Under the pieces are notes generated by a model. That model was not told the DNA's origin. It searched no databases and saw only the letters and a program-made list of their open reading frames with translations. Positions 25,470 to 37,965 of a DNA stretch of 64,000 nt are shown here, piece after piece (positions within the stretch are counted from its first letter, which is position 1; each line of letters starts with the position of its first letter). Where the stretch lies: contig MU056000.1 of NCBI GenBank assembly GCA_013239625.1, forward strand, positions 10,677,175 to 10,741,174. The letters run 5' to 3'. Position numbers and translations under genes: made by a program. The stretch comes from Lama guanicoe. Its lineage: Eukaryota.

Positions 25470-25700
25470 ATCCTGGGATTCAGAATAACAAAATGAAGTT
25501 CAAATCTGGACTCCTGCTACTCACTCTTACTTTGAGCATTATTTATTCTCACGAAGCTTTTGCTTTCTTATTTATAGAATGAAAAAATCTGTTGCAGATA
25601 TACAGAAGGGTTGTTTTGAGAGTAAATGTGAAGTGTTTAGGGCAATGTCTCGTGTGGGATAATAGTCAGAGCAGATCAGCTATTTTTATTAGTTATTAGT
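25470..25700 (+). mobile_element. Degenerate MIR
   Basis: gttcaaatctggactcctgctac...ggttgttttgagagtaaatg. Confidence 0.6.
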
Positions 25701-26194
25701 CATGCTGCCTCTTACATCAAGATTGGCTAGAAAAACATCATTCTTCCTTCTAGCAGCATATTTAAAAATTAAAAAAATATTTCCCAATTTATTTTTGGTT
25801 CTTTTACAAAGTTTACAAATTACAGTTAAATTTGGGATCATTGCTGGTAGCAACTCAAGCTAGTATTTTATCTCAACTCCTGTTAGGATTTAAGAGTGTT
25901 TCTTGGTCAAATGATCTTGGAAAGTGGTGCCATACCCTACCATTTATCTATACTAAAATGAAAAAATTACTAAGTGCAGTAAGAAGATTGGACAGTGGCT
26001 TTTCTAAGCCATTATATACCATATTTGATTGAAACAGCCTCATGTAGTTGGGCATTCAAGTTGTTTCTCACATTTTGCTATTGTAAATAGTGCAGAACAT
26101 GCATCATTGGTAGGCAACAAAATTTAAAAATAATATTGGTTGAAAACCCTTTCATATAGATAGATGACTATAAAATAGAACCCAAAACTTAGAG

Positions 26195-26855
26195 ACATAG
26201 GAAGTGTGATGCATACATGACTAGTGGGAACATAAAAGGGTTCAGCCACTATGGAAAACAGCATGGTGATTCCTCAGTAAGTTAAACACAGAATCATCAC
26301 ACAATCCAGCAATTCCACTCCAAGGGATATGCTCCCCCAGATTGGAAACAGATGTTCAGACAAAAACTTGTACATCAATGTTCATAGCAGCACTATTCAC
26401 CGTCACCAAAAGGTAGAAACAACCCAAATGTCCATAAAGGGATCAGTGGATAAACAAATGTGGTATATACATACAATGGAGTATTATTTAGCCATAAAAG
26501 GGAATGAAGTACTGATGCATGCTACAATAGTGATGCACCTTGAAAACATGCTACGTAGAGGATGCTGGACACAAATGTTCACATACTGTATGATTCCATT
26601 TATAAGAAATATCCAAAAAAGATTCATCTACAGAGACAAAAAGCAGGTTAATGGTTGTCCAGGGCTAAGGGGAAGCAAAAAAGGTGTGACTGTTTAATGA
26701 GTAGGGGGGCTCCTTTTGAGGTGATGAAAACACTCAGGAATTTGATGGTGGTGATGGTTGCACAGTTTGCTACTGTTCTAAATTACACTGAATTGTAGAC
26801 TTTAAAATGGTTTCATGGGTGAAGTTTTATGTTATGTGTATTTACCACAACTAAA
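26195..26855 (+). mobile_element. L1MB-type 3' end
   Basis: cagccactatggaaaacagcatgg...atccagcaattccactc...aatgttcatagcagcactattcac. Confidence 0.92.
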
Positions 26856-27140
26856 GAACAGAAAATGGCTCCATGGTGCCCCCAAAATACCAACATGTGA
26901 AAAACTTTTAACTGGAGATGTGCTTTCAAATAACTTGTCTACATGATCCAGTGGTCGTCTTACCCAAATTGCTTTTGGCCAAATTATTTCCTCCTAAACT
27001 ACGAGGAGCCCCTTTTTAGGGGATGGTGTCGGGCATTTTTGCTCTGTCCTCCTGGACTGGACTTGATGGAAAGGCATTTTGATCAAGATAAAAAATTTGT
27101 AGTTTAGGTAAGGGGTTATCATCTTCTAATAGTCATCTCT

Positions 27141-27300
27141 CTTTTTTTTTTTCTTGTAACTTTTTTCATTTTTTTTTGAAGGAAGGCAATTAGGTTTATT
27201 TATTTATTAATTGTTTTTTTAAAATGGAGGTACTGGGGATTGAATCCAGAACCTTGTGCATGCTAAGCACACACTCTACCACTGACCTATATCCTCCCTG
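27141..27300 (-). mobile_element. tRNA-derived camelid SINE (vic-1-like)
   Basis: atggaggtactggggattgaatccagaaccttgtgcatgctaagcacacactctaccactga; T-rich tail; catctct on both sides. Confidence 0.92.
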
Positions 27301-27822
27301 TGCCATCTCTTGTTCATAGTTTTCTTTTCATCTTCTCTTTCCACTTTTTCTTTTTCCCATCCTTCTTTGCATCTTTCTCTTAACTGCTGCCTATATTTCA
27401 GGCTTTCCAGGAAGACTGAAGCACATTCACTTGGTGACAGAGGTGGAGGTCTTACTTTTTTGCTAGATTTGAGACAATCAAGTCCTTAAAAACATTCACT
27501 AGACATATTGGGCTCTGCTAAAAAATTTGCCATGCTTGGATTCATGTCAATATGTGTATTGTGAACATAACTTTCTTCTTAAAACAACAGCAGGGAATTG
27601 CCTCTATTTCATCATCTATTTTTGGCTAATTCTTTTGACAAATTACTGTCAAATAGCTTTAAAAGAGACATGTTTATCACTTTTTAAATTTTTGTCCTCA
27701 AGAGTGATTTTTTTTTTAAAGCCAACATGATTGATATTTAATGTGAAAAAGTATGAGAACTAAGGACATTGGACTGGAATTTAAGGAATACGTTATTATT
27801 TACCGACAAAGCAATGGCTTTT

Positions 27823-29949
27823 CCCCCTTCAATTGAAGTAAAGTCCACAAGTCATACAATCAACCATTTGAAAATACACAATTCAGTGGCATTTAGTACA
27901 TTCACAATGTCATGCGAACACTACGTCTCTCTAGTTTTAAAATTTTTTCATCACTCCAGAGAACAGCCTGTACATTAAGTAACACTCCCCATTTCTCTCT
28001 CCCTCAGTCCCCTGGGAACCACTTATCTGCCTTTATGGATTTACCTATTTTGGATATTTCATATAAAAGAATCATGTTATGTGTAACCTTTTGTGTCTGG
28101 CTTCTTTCCTGGAGCATAATGTTTTCAAGGTGCATCAATGTTGCAGCATGTATCAGTACTTCATTCTTTTTTCTGGCTGAATAATATTTCATTGTGTGGA
28201 CGTACCACAATTTGTTTATCCATTGGTATCTATGGATACTTGGGTTGTTTCCACTTTTTGACTATTGTGAATAGAGCTGCTTTGAACGTTGGTGAACGCA
28301 TCTTTGTTTGAACATTTGTTTTCAGTTCTTCTGGGAATTCCACCTAGGGGTGGAATTGCAAGATTATATGGTAATCTTGTGTTTAACTTTTGGAGGAGTC
28401 ACCAAATTGTTTTCCACAGTGGCTGCAGCATTTAAAAATTCCCATAAAAATATATGAATGAGGGTTCTTATTTCTCTATGTCTTTGCCAGTGCTGATTAT
28501 TTTTCTTTCTTTTCCCCCCTATTATAGCCATCCTAGTAGATGTGAAGTAGTATCTCACTGTGGTTTGATTTTTACATTCTTAATAACTGATGATGTTGAA
28601 ACTCTTTTCATGTGCTTGTTGGCCATTTGTATATCTTATTTGGAGAAACGTCTATTCAAATTCTTTGTCCAGTTTTTAATTGGGTTATTTGTTTTTGCTG
28701 TTGAGTTGTAATAGCTGTATATATTCTAGATACTAAGTCTTTATCAGATATATACTTTGCAAATATTTTGTCCTATTCTGTGGTTGTCTTTTTCCTTTCT
28801 TGATAATATCCTCTGATGCACAAAATATTCTAATGTTTGTAAAATTCAACTTATCTATTTTTTCCTTTTGTTGCTCATGCTTTTAGTGTCAAATTTAGGG
28901 TCCCATTACCAAATCCAAGGCCATAAAGATTTACCCCTTTGTTTTCCTCCAGTAGTTTTTATTTTTAAATCTTATGTTTATTTAAGTCACTGATCAATTT
29001 TGAGTTCATTTTTTTTTATTATGGAGTGAGGTAAGACTCCTACTTTTTTCTTTTGCATGTGTTTATACACTGTTCCCAGAACCATTTGTTGAGGAGACTG
29101 TTCTTTTCCCATTGATTGAGCTTGGCACCCTTGTCAATAGCTATTGGTTATAATTTTTGGATTTATTTCTGGACTATCAATGAAATGCCACTGGTCTGTA
29201 AGTCTGGCTTTGTGCTAGTGCTACACTGTTTTGATTACTGCAGCTTTGTAGTTAATTTTGAAATCAGAAAGTGCGAGTCTTCCAACTCTTTTTTTCTTTT
29301 TCAATATTGTTTTGGCTACTCAGGGCCACTTGCAATACCATATAGATTTGAAAATAACATTTCTATTTCTCAAAAAAAAAAGCCATTAGAATTTAAATAG
29401 GAACTGAATTAAATCTGTAGAATGCTTGGGGTGTATTGCTGTTTTAGCAATATATGTAAATCTTCCTATCCAAGAATACTGGCTATTTTTTTCATTATAT
29501 AGGTCTTATTTAACCTTCTTCCATAACGTTTTATAGTTTCAGATTTTGAGTCTTTCAGCTTTGTGATTAACTTTATTACTAGGCTTTTTTTTTGGATACT
29601 ATTATAAATAGAATTATTTTCTTAATTTCCTTTGTGGATTGTTCATTGCTGATGTATAAAATCACAGCTGATTTTTGTGTGTTGGTCTTCCACTTAACTT
29701 TGCTGAATTTGTTTATTAGCTTTTGCAACTGTTTGGTGTATTCATTGGGATTTTCTGTATATAGAATCATGTCATCTGCAAATAAATATAGTTTTAGTTT
29801 TTCCTTTCCAATTTGGATGGCTTTTATTATTACTTTTTCTTGCCAAATTACTCTGGCTAGGACTTCCAGTCCAGTATCGAATAACAGTCTTGAAAATAGG
29901 AATAAGACAAAGATGCCCATTTTCACTGCTGCTATTCAACATTCTACTG
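27823..29949 (-). mobile_element. L1MB-type element (~2.1 kb) with RT-domain remnant, 5' inversion and 15-bp TSD
   Basis: ORF 29579-29926 contains GLEVLAR..IQIGKEKLKLYLFADDMILY (RT FADD motif); TSD aaagcaatggctttt 27808-27822 / aaagtaatggatttt 29950-29964. Confidence 0.93.
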
Positions 29950-30601
29950 AAAGTAATGGATTTTGTAGAACATTTTTCATTTATTCCAACTCACAAACTA
30001 AAGTCAGTGGTTTAATAATGTCCCACTTTCCTGAGGTTGTTTTTGGCAAATTTGCTATCTAGAACTTAAAAATACTGAAATAGTCCTATTAGGAGGAAGA
30101 TGGTGACTACCATCTGTCTTACCTGACTAGATCTGCTTTCTGATAAAAGCCCATTGACCAAGAATCACGTCTAAAATTAGGGCTAATGATTTAGTAAGCT
30201 TGGTGTTTTCCTTAGTGACCTGTGGTTCTTTCTAGTTTATAACACATAATGAATTAAAAGTAGTGGGGAGAGTAGGGAACTGTCAACAGCTGACACTTGG
30301 GGAAATGACAGTTGACAACAAGAGAACAGAAGAAATGCAGAGAGAGAGGGAATTCAGTTAAATGCCAAATGCTAACTACTTCAGTGACCCCACTGTGTCA
30401 TCAGTGAGTTAGCAGTGAGAGACCGTATAATTTTTAGAATAACCCATTCAGTTCATTTAACAAAAAGTTTTATAAACATGAAATTAAAGTGTCTTCAGAA
30501 GGGAAAGTTTCAATTTCATGGATTTTGTATTTACATTGCATATCTCCTTGTCAATGCCAGGGAAATGAGTCATTATATGAAATAATAAGACAATTTTTAT
30601 A

Positions 30602-31035
30602 TATTTATTTTTTTATTGAAGTATAGTTGATTCACAATATTATATTAGTTTCAGGTGTATAACATAGTGATTCAATATTTTAAAGATTATATTCCATTTA
30701 AAGTTATTATAGAATATTGGCTATGTTCCTTGTGCTGTACAGTGTATCCTTGTAGCTTATTTATTTTATACATAGTAGTTTGCACCTCTTAAAAGCTTAC
30801 CCCTCTCATGCCCCTTCCCCCTCCCCTCTCCCCACTGGTAACCACTAGTTTGTTCTCTGTATCTGTGAGTCTGTTTCTGTTTTGTCATATCCACTCATTT
30901 GTTTCATTTTTTTTTTTCAGATTCTACATGTAAGTGATAATATGCAGCATTTGTCTTTCTCTTTCGGACTTATTTCACTAAGCAAATACCCTCCAGGTCC
31001 ATCCATATTGTTGCAAATGGCAAAATTTCATTCTT
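30602..31035 (-). mobile_element. L1 3' end
   Basis: attgaagtatagttgattcacaat...ccactggtaaccactagtttgttctctg...gttgcaaatggcaaaatttcattc. Confidence 0.92.
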
Positions 31036-31239
31036 AGAGCAGTCTTTTAAAAGTGAGTTCTCTGACATATTTCTGATGAAGGGGATACGGAAAGGATGTG
31101 AACCATCACGGTAACTCACCCCCGTGAAAATAAATTGATAGTTTTCTTCTTTGAGAGCCTTCATGGGGGTATTTGAGTATAGCTCTGCCAGTAAGTATTA
31201 AGCCAATGAACGGACGGTCATTTCCTAAGCAACTAGATC

Positions 31240-31367
31240 TATGGGGACCACGTAATTTATTGTTCAAACCAGGACCCTTTCAAGAAAAGGATGCACTATT
31301 AATTATACCAGGACAAAAGGTATAAACCGGTACTGTCTTGGGCAGACTGAGATGATTGGTCATTCTA
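31240..31367 (+). mobile_element. MER94-like hAT-Blackjack MITE
   Basis: Terminal inverted repeats tatggggacca / tggtcattcta; internal aatttattgttcaaaccaggac and taaaccggtactgtc. Confidence 0.75.
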
Positions 31368-32261
31368 ATTAAAACCATTAGGACTACTTGTGTTTTTATT
31401 CTCAATGTTCTTGTTAATTTACCATGGGCAAAATTAGCCACAAGAGAAATTTTTATTCGTCAAAGCTACAAGCCAGATTTTCAATGGAGAGGAAAATGAG
31501 CTAAGGGCCCATTGTTATGGTGGTTGCTCTTCTAGACTGGCCTATTCTGGTGATGTGAGGCTAGACTGAAGTCAACCTATATTGGTTTGATACTGAGTGT
31601 GGCCAAGACAGAGCTGTCTGGTGGGTCTGGGTCCAGGCAAAGGCCGGGGTGAAGGGGACCTCACTTCAGCCAGGATATTCTGGGCTGTTCTTGTGTCCCT
31701 CTCAGACTTCATATCAAAACAAGGCAGCCTGGGACCAGCTCGGTTGCACCAGGGCTCACACAATAGGGAGGAGTCCTGAAGTTCGTCTATAACTGGACTC
31801 ATTCCAGGGATTAGCAGGAACTGAGCAAGAAAACCCTTCTCATTAGGAATAGTTAGTTTCACTCCCTGCCATTTCCTTGATAAGTAAATTTCACAGCCAA
31901 GCAATCACCACGTAATAAAAGCTATTACACGAACATACTCAATCATGTGGATGTCATCTACGATTCCAAGGGCTAAAGGTAGAGATGGTTAAAAGCCAGA
32001 AATGATGCAGTTTAGGTAAACATGGTGAAAGTCATCTTTGACTTCAGCAAGACCTTACGTTTAATAATCCCTCTCCAGTAAGTGAACGTGAGTTTGTTCA
32101 CCCCTAAGATGAAGACTTACAGGGAAAAGGCTGTTGGAACAATGGTAAAAGTAATGCAGGTCATCTGTGAGCATTTATTACGTAGTAGGCACAAGTGGTT
32201 TGCCTAAAGCAACGTGGTTAGTAGCAGAGAGGAGCAGAGCTGGAATTAAAATCCCATGTTC

Positions 32262-32461
32262 GAAACTGACACAACATTGTAAACTGACTATAACTCAATA
32301 AAAAAAAATCTCACAGTATCCTGAACTGAAAAAGAATGTAAGTATGTATGTATGACTGAACTATCATGCTGTACACCAGAAATTGATACAACATTGTAAA
32401 CTGACTATACTTCAATAAAAAAATTTAAAAAATAGCAAACAAAGTACAATCCAAAAAAAAA
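32262..32461 (+). mobile_element. Short L1 insert with two tandem 3' termini and a 14-bp TSD, inside a MIR
   Basis: TSD aaaatcccatgttc at 32248-32261 and 32462-32475; acaacattgtaaactgactata occurs twice. Confidence 0.88.
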
Positions 32462-32514
32462 AAAATCCCATGTTCTTTTCACTCTGCTGTACTGAGCCCC
32501 AAATGTAGACAATG

Positions 32515-32725
32515 GAAAAGCGTTAAGATACAGATCGGGAACCTGGGTCCTAGTCATAGATACGTCTTTAATAAGGGCAAGTCAAATGATTTTTTCTGAC
32601 TCATAGTTTCCTTGTTTGTTAAAGGAAGTTAATATAGGACCCATCTGGATTCCAGGGTGATGGTGAACATCAAATGTGATGTGCTTTGAAAATACTTCTC
32701 ATAGTATAAAGCACTGTGAAAGCAG
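32515..32725 (+). mobile_element. Degenerate MIR
   Basis: acctgggtcctagtc...gggcaagtca...agtttccttgtttgttaa. Confidence 0.6.
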
Positions 32726-33039
32726 TTATTCAGATTCTGTCTTAATCACACTTGTAGAGTGACCTTTATGAAAAATTCTTTTAGTTTTTTTTGGATCTTC
32801 TTCTCTGTACTTAGAGATGCAAAAGATAGGGAGAGAAAGGTCACCCCCACCACCTCCCCCATTCATCCTAGGAATTTCTTGTAAATACTTTTCAAAATGA
32901 TTTCTATGGAGGTGCCTTTGCTGGCTATTTTAGGAGTTGTTTGCAGGTAACAATTTCTACATAGATAAGCATAATTCTGAGTTATCTCCTACATCCTCAG
33001 TCCTCACTAAGAATTCTTGAGATTTTAAATGTTAAGAGA

Positions 33040-33420
33040 TGCTGATAAGACAACTTGAGTTTTAAGCAATAGAAGTCTCTAACTCAAATTGATTCAAACA
33101 TAAGGAAACACAAGGGAGTTTTCCATCTTACTTAATAAAAATTTCATAGGTAAGGCAGCTCCTACTGTGGTATCTCAGAGCCTTAGATCTGCTTTCTGGA
33201 AATTTTGTTTACTTTGACCTTCACCACGTGTTGATATCATGGCTGTGATTCCAGGTCTTAAAGCATATAGGGCATCCTCCAAAGGATAAAATGAAAACTT
33301 TCCCCCAAAGTTCTCTGGCCAGGATTGTACTGAATGCCACCTCTAAGCTAATTATCCGCAAGAGGAGTGGGGGCACCATGGCTCATCATTTGAAGTGGGA
33401 TGGATCTGAGGGAGTCAACC
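33040..33420. mobile_element. Ancient MaLR (MLT1-type) LTR fragment
   Basis: aagcaatagaagtctctaactcaaattg...tggccaggattgtactgaatgccacctctaag. Confidence 0.5.
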
Positions 33421-33502
33421 ACCAGTACTACTGTAATAAGAGATTGGAAGGACTGAACCATCTGACACTATGTAACTTTCAGGCAAACTCTTCAGAGTAG
33501 AC

Positions 33503-34152
33503 TTTTTTTTTAAACTGAAGTATAGTCAGTTACAATGTGTCAATTTCTGGTGTACAGCATAATGTTCCTGTCATACATATACATGCATATATTCCTTTTC
33601 ATATTCGTTTTCATTATAGGTTACTACAAGATATTGAATATAGCTCCCTGTGCTATACAGTAGGAACTTGTTGTTTATCTATTTTATATATAGTGGTTAG
33701 TTTCTGCAAATCTCGAACTCCCTATTTATCCCTTCCCACCCCTTCCCCCCTGGTAAAAAACTGAAGTATAGTCAGTTACAATGTGTCAATTTCTGGTGTA
33801 CAGCATAATGTTCCTGTCATACATATACATGCATATATTCCTTTTCATATTCGTTTTCATTATAGGTTACTACAAGATATTGAATATAGCTCCCTGTGCT
33901 ATACAGTAGGAACTTGTTGTTTATCTATTTTATATATAGTGGTTAGTATCTGCAAATCTCGAACTCCCAATTTATCCCTTCCCACCCCTTCCCCCCTGGT
34001 AACCATAAGTTTGCTTCCTATGTCTGTGAGTCTGTTTCTGTTTTGCAGATGAGCTCATTAGTGCCTTCTTTTTTCTTTTTTTAGATTCCACATGAGTGAT
34101 GTCGTTCAGTATTTTCCTTTCTCTTTCTGGATCACTTCATTTAGAATGACGA
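33503..34152 (-). mobile_element. Camelid L1 3' end containing a 245-bp direct tandem duplication
   Basis: 33512-33756 is repeated at 33758-34002 with 2 mismatches; the ORF track gives near-identical translations at 33537 and 33783. Confidence 0.95.
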
Positions 34153-34624
34153 TAAGGCTGTTTCATTGATGGGGTGACAAAGCTCCTGCCATTTTGCACA
34201 CATTATCACCCACACAGATCACAGCCAGTGTGAAGAAACAGATAGTATTGTACTTGTTCTGTTGCCACATTAACAGATTTCATGATTTCTTTGTAACTTC
34301 TCTGGGGAGGTACGTGAAGGATGGAGTGTACCTGTCTCTTTTTCCCAACTGGAATATCCACCACAATGCAAGTATATTCATTCCAGTAATTTTGCACACA
34401 AATTTCAAGGTAGGCCTTTTGGGAAATTCGCTCTTAGCTTCCAGAAATGTATGTGAGACTCTAATATGTTTCCAAGCATGAGTATTAACAGTACTTTGTT
34501 AATGTTGGCATCCTGGAAACTCAGAGAACGTTGATGATCACCAGGGAAGCCTCTGGAATGGCATTTTGTAGGTTCCTCTTCCTCTTCATTGATGCATTTG
34601 CTCAAAGTAGTACATCACAGCTGT

Positions 34625-34850
34625 GAAAAGTGGGGTGCTCTGGAATTGGTCTACTTGGATTCAAGTCTTGGTGTTCCATTACTTACCAGCTGTGTGACCT
34701 TAAGCAAATTAATTAAGCTCCATATCTCAGTTTCCTCTTTGGAAAAATAAGCAGAATAATAATACCTACCTCACAGGGCTGTGCAGTTTCAATTAGATAA
34801 TGTACAAAAGGCACTCGGCCTGGCATCTAGCCAGGAGATATTAATTGATC
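34625..34850 (+). mobile_element. MIR SINE
   Basis: cttaccagctgtgtgaccttaagcaaatt...tctcagtttcctc...aataatacctacctcacagggctgtg. Confidence 0.9.
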
Positions 34851-36420
34851 TTTGTAATTAATCTTTCCAATCCATGTTTGTTACTACTATAATGACTGTA
34901 TTACTGCTGCCACCGCCACAACTATTACTGTGTATCAATGGCTGTATTGTCCCGAACAACAGGAAAAGGGTGAAACTGGTGTATTCTCATACTGTGATTT
35001 GGTGGGGCAGAGGTTGGAGAGAGAAAAGTGCGAGTTAGTTCTGTATCACGATCAAACGTCTTATTTCTTTGAGGAAATAAGAAGAAACTGAAGTGGAGAC
35101 AAGAAATGGGAGCCTTCCTTTCCTCTGGATGGGATGAAATACAGGAGTGATAGATTTTAAACCATGCACCCTGTCTCTGTTTTTCAGTTAGCTGAGCCTG
35201 CAGTTCCAACTGAAAACATTTGAGATGAAAGAAAATTAATCTTTTTAGAATGGCAGGGGACAGCTGAAGTATTCCAAGAGGAGACTGGTTATCCCTTATG
35301 ATGATGACTTTTGCCTGAAGAAATAAGCCTCAAGGTCTTGGCAAGGGAGAAATGGTAACTCTGAAGTCTAGCATCTCTCTCCTGAGTGATTTGTTGACTC
35401 GGTTTTAGCTGAGATTTTTTTTTTGTATTAGCCTGTAGTCAGTCCAGCTGGAATACTATGACCTAGTGCTGAAAAGCCAACTAACTAGTTGGAGACATTC
35501 CTATCCGTTCCTTGACAAAGGAGACAATTCTCATCTGATGAAAAAGAAATAATTAACAAGACATTATGTATGTTTTGGTGGAATGGAACGTGCTCTTCTT
35601 GGTGAAAGCTTGTTGGAATAAGACATTAAATTCCTGTTTATTTTGTGCCTTCATCTACCAGACCACAATGGCAGCTGTTTATCGTGTTCATAATCAGAGC
35701 CACCCTTGTTTGAGGAACCGCTTCTTTTATTCAATCCCCTGAAGGAAATATTTGAGAACCCTAAGCTTCTGATATCAACTGAGATAATCTGCTGATGAAT
35801 TCCTGATCTGGACAACTCACCCAAACTCTCCTGTAACTTGTTCCCCTGGATGAGTGGCATCTGTTTAATATATCGTGAGATGCTTACCCTCTGCGTTTTT
35901 TTCCTTTTCTGACTTCTGTCCCTTTTCTTACATTTGAGTGAACATTCAATGTCATGGCAGGAACAACTCATTATGCTTATGATGAAGCACAAAAACTGTC
36001 TAGAAAAATATCTACTGACCATTTACCCATGAACATGACTAATACTTACCTAAATGGAATGAAGGGTAATGACTCCAGAAGTTCATAGGAAAAAAGGGAA
36101 GGGCTCAGTGTTTCGTAGCAGTAACAGTTGAATAGCTATTTCCTCCTCTTTTTTACAGGATTTTTTACCCTTTACTCTCAAATTGCTTAGCAAAAGCTCT
36201 CTTACATACCCTAGAATAATTCCTTTTGAAAAGCCTTATAATACTGTCCTCGGTAATATTTAATGTCATATTCTCTATAATATTAGAGAAGTAAAAAAAG
36301 CTTTGTGCTGTATACCAGAAATTGACATGTAACTGACTATACTTTAATTTAGAAAAGCACCCTTGAGGGTGACCAAATTCATCAAAAGAGATCATTTTTA
36401 AATTCTCCTAGCTCAAGCCT

Positions 36421-36430
36421 GTGACGTCAC
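36421..36430. promoter_or_regulatory. Full CRE palindrome (GTGACGTCAC)
   Basis: Exact consensus motif; function unproven. Confidence 0.3.
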
Positions 36431-37957
36431 TAGCTGCTCACCCCGACTCCCTGCTCACCACGTTGGGAGCAGCAGCTGTATTATATGCTTTTGTGAAAAT
36501 ATTTTCTGGAATTTAAACCTCAGGGTTTCTTGCCTTTGATTGTAGTTTTTTAATATAGTCAGAGAAGGCAGAGATCTTCCATAGAGACTGAACTTCTTTT
36601 ATGCTTTGGAATTAAAAAAGGTAAAAGTGGTAGATATTCCTTTCATTGACTGCAGTCATTTCTTGAACTTAATATTTCTCTTCGGGGGAAAATTAATTCC
36701 TCAGAGAGCACATTTTGGCTTCAAGGTGCAAGGCAGTGAAGCACCTGGTGTAACATCCTGACACGGGCACCTGGATGCTCTGCTTTCCCCCAACACCTCT
36801 GTGGACAAATGAAGAGAATCGTCCAGCTGAAAATCCCACCTTCTATATTTATAGACCCAGGGAGCCTCAAGCCATGACCTGCCTTTCCTTCATGTTCTGC
36901 GGAAAACTAACCTATCAAACCACATCAAGTCAAATCAAACGGACTTTTAATCTTAGACGTTATTTCTGGGTTATCTTTTCACTTCTCTGCACATACGATG
37001 GCTCAGCAGGTTAGAAACTGACCTTAGCTTGGTTCAGAAATAACCCTCTGAATTCATTATCCCACTCCTGTTTAACAAGCAGGATTTGAGGAAAAATCTC
37101 ATTTGATGTATTTTTATTCTCTGTTTGAATTCTATTAAGCACCAAACAAAAATAAAAATAAATCATAGTTAAGATGAACAGAAAACCTTAAGTCTATTGG
37201 ACACATCCAAATCCTTATATTCACAGAACTCTTTCTTCCTAATTTCATGGTCTCAGAGAACTGCATGATCTCTAGATATTCACAGAGACAGGCATGAGTT
37301 CCAGGATCACCTGACTTCAAATCCCAAACCTGACAGCTACTTACACTGTCATGTTAAATGTAGTTCCGTTTCTGTACCTTACTCACCGATGTGACATTTA
37401 TCAAATCCTCACACAAAGGTGTAGGTTGGAGAAATGACAAGATCATATTATTTAATAGACTCTTAAAGTCAACTAATAATAATGAAATTTAACCTTAGAT
37501 ATCTTTTTGTTTGTTGGGGGTTCAAATGAGTGTTGGCTATTGTGCAGATACATTGCTTAGGATGGGCTTCCATTTCAGGACAGGGATTAATTATCCGGAG
37601 TCATGTGTAGCTTGAAATAGTGTATGAAAGGGAATTGTGTCGAAGCTCAGTTTTTCATAGAAATGACAAGATACCCTGTCTAATCAGCTATAAATGATGT
37701 ATCTAAGGAGAAATATTATAGCCTGAAAAACACATGCATTAGACCCTGTAGCCCTATAGTTAATCATACAAGGCTGCATTTAGAATTATATGGTATAATG
37801 CATTGTTCAAAATTCTCGTTTTCACCAGCCCTGCCTTACTTTACTGTAGCATGCGGCGAGCGAGTAAATAGATACATGGGGGTCGTGGAGCCGAGAAGGG
37901 ATTTCTGGAGGAAAATTTCTCAGGCAGCTTTGATTATTGAAGCCGTTGGCTTTCATC

Positions 37958-37965
37958 TGACGTCA
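37958..37965. promoter_or_regulatory. Full CRE palindrome (TGACGTCA)
   Basis: Exact consensus motif in a locally CpG-retaining unique stretch; function unproven. Confidence 0.3.

Noticed and set aside
33537..34052. Recurring MSISGVQHNV.../MLYQFLVYSIMF... ORFs (also 38794, 55841, 55972, 60979) resembling a gene family
   Set aside because: These are antisense translations of the camelid L1 3'UTR, not genes
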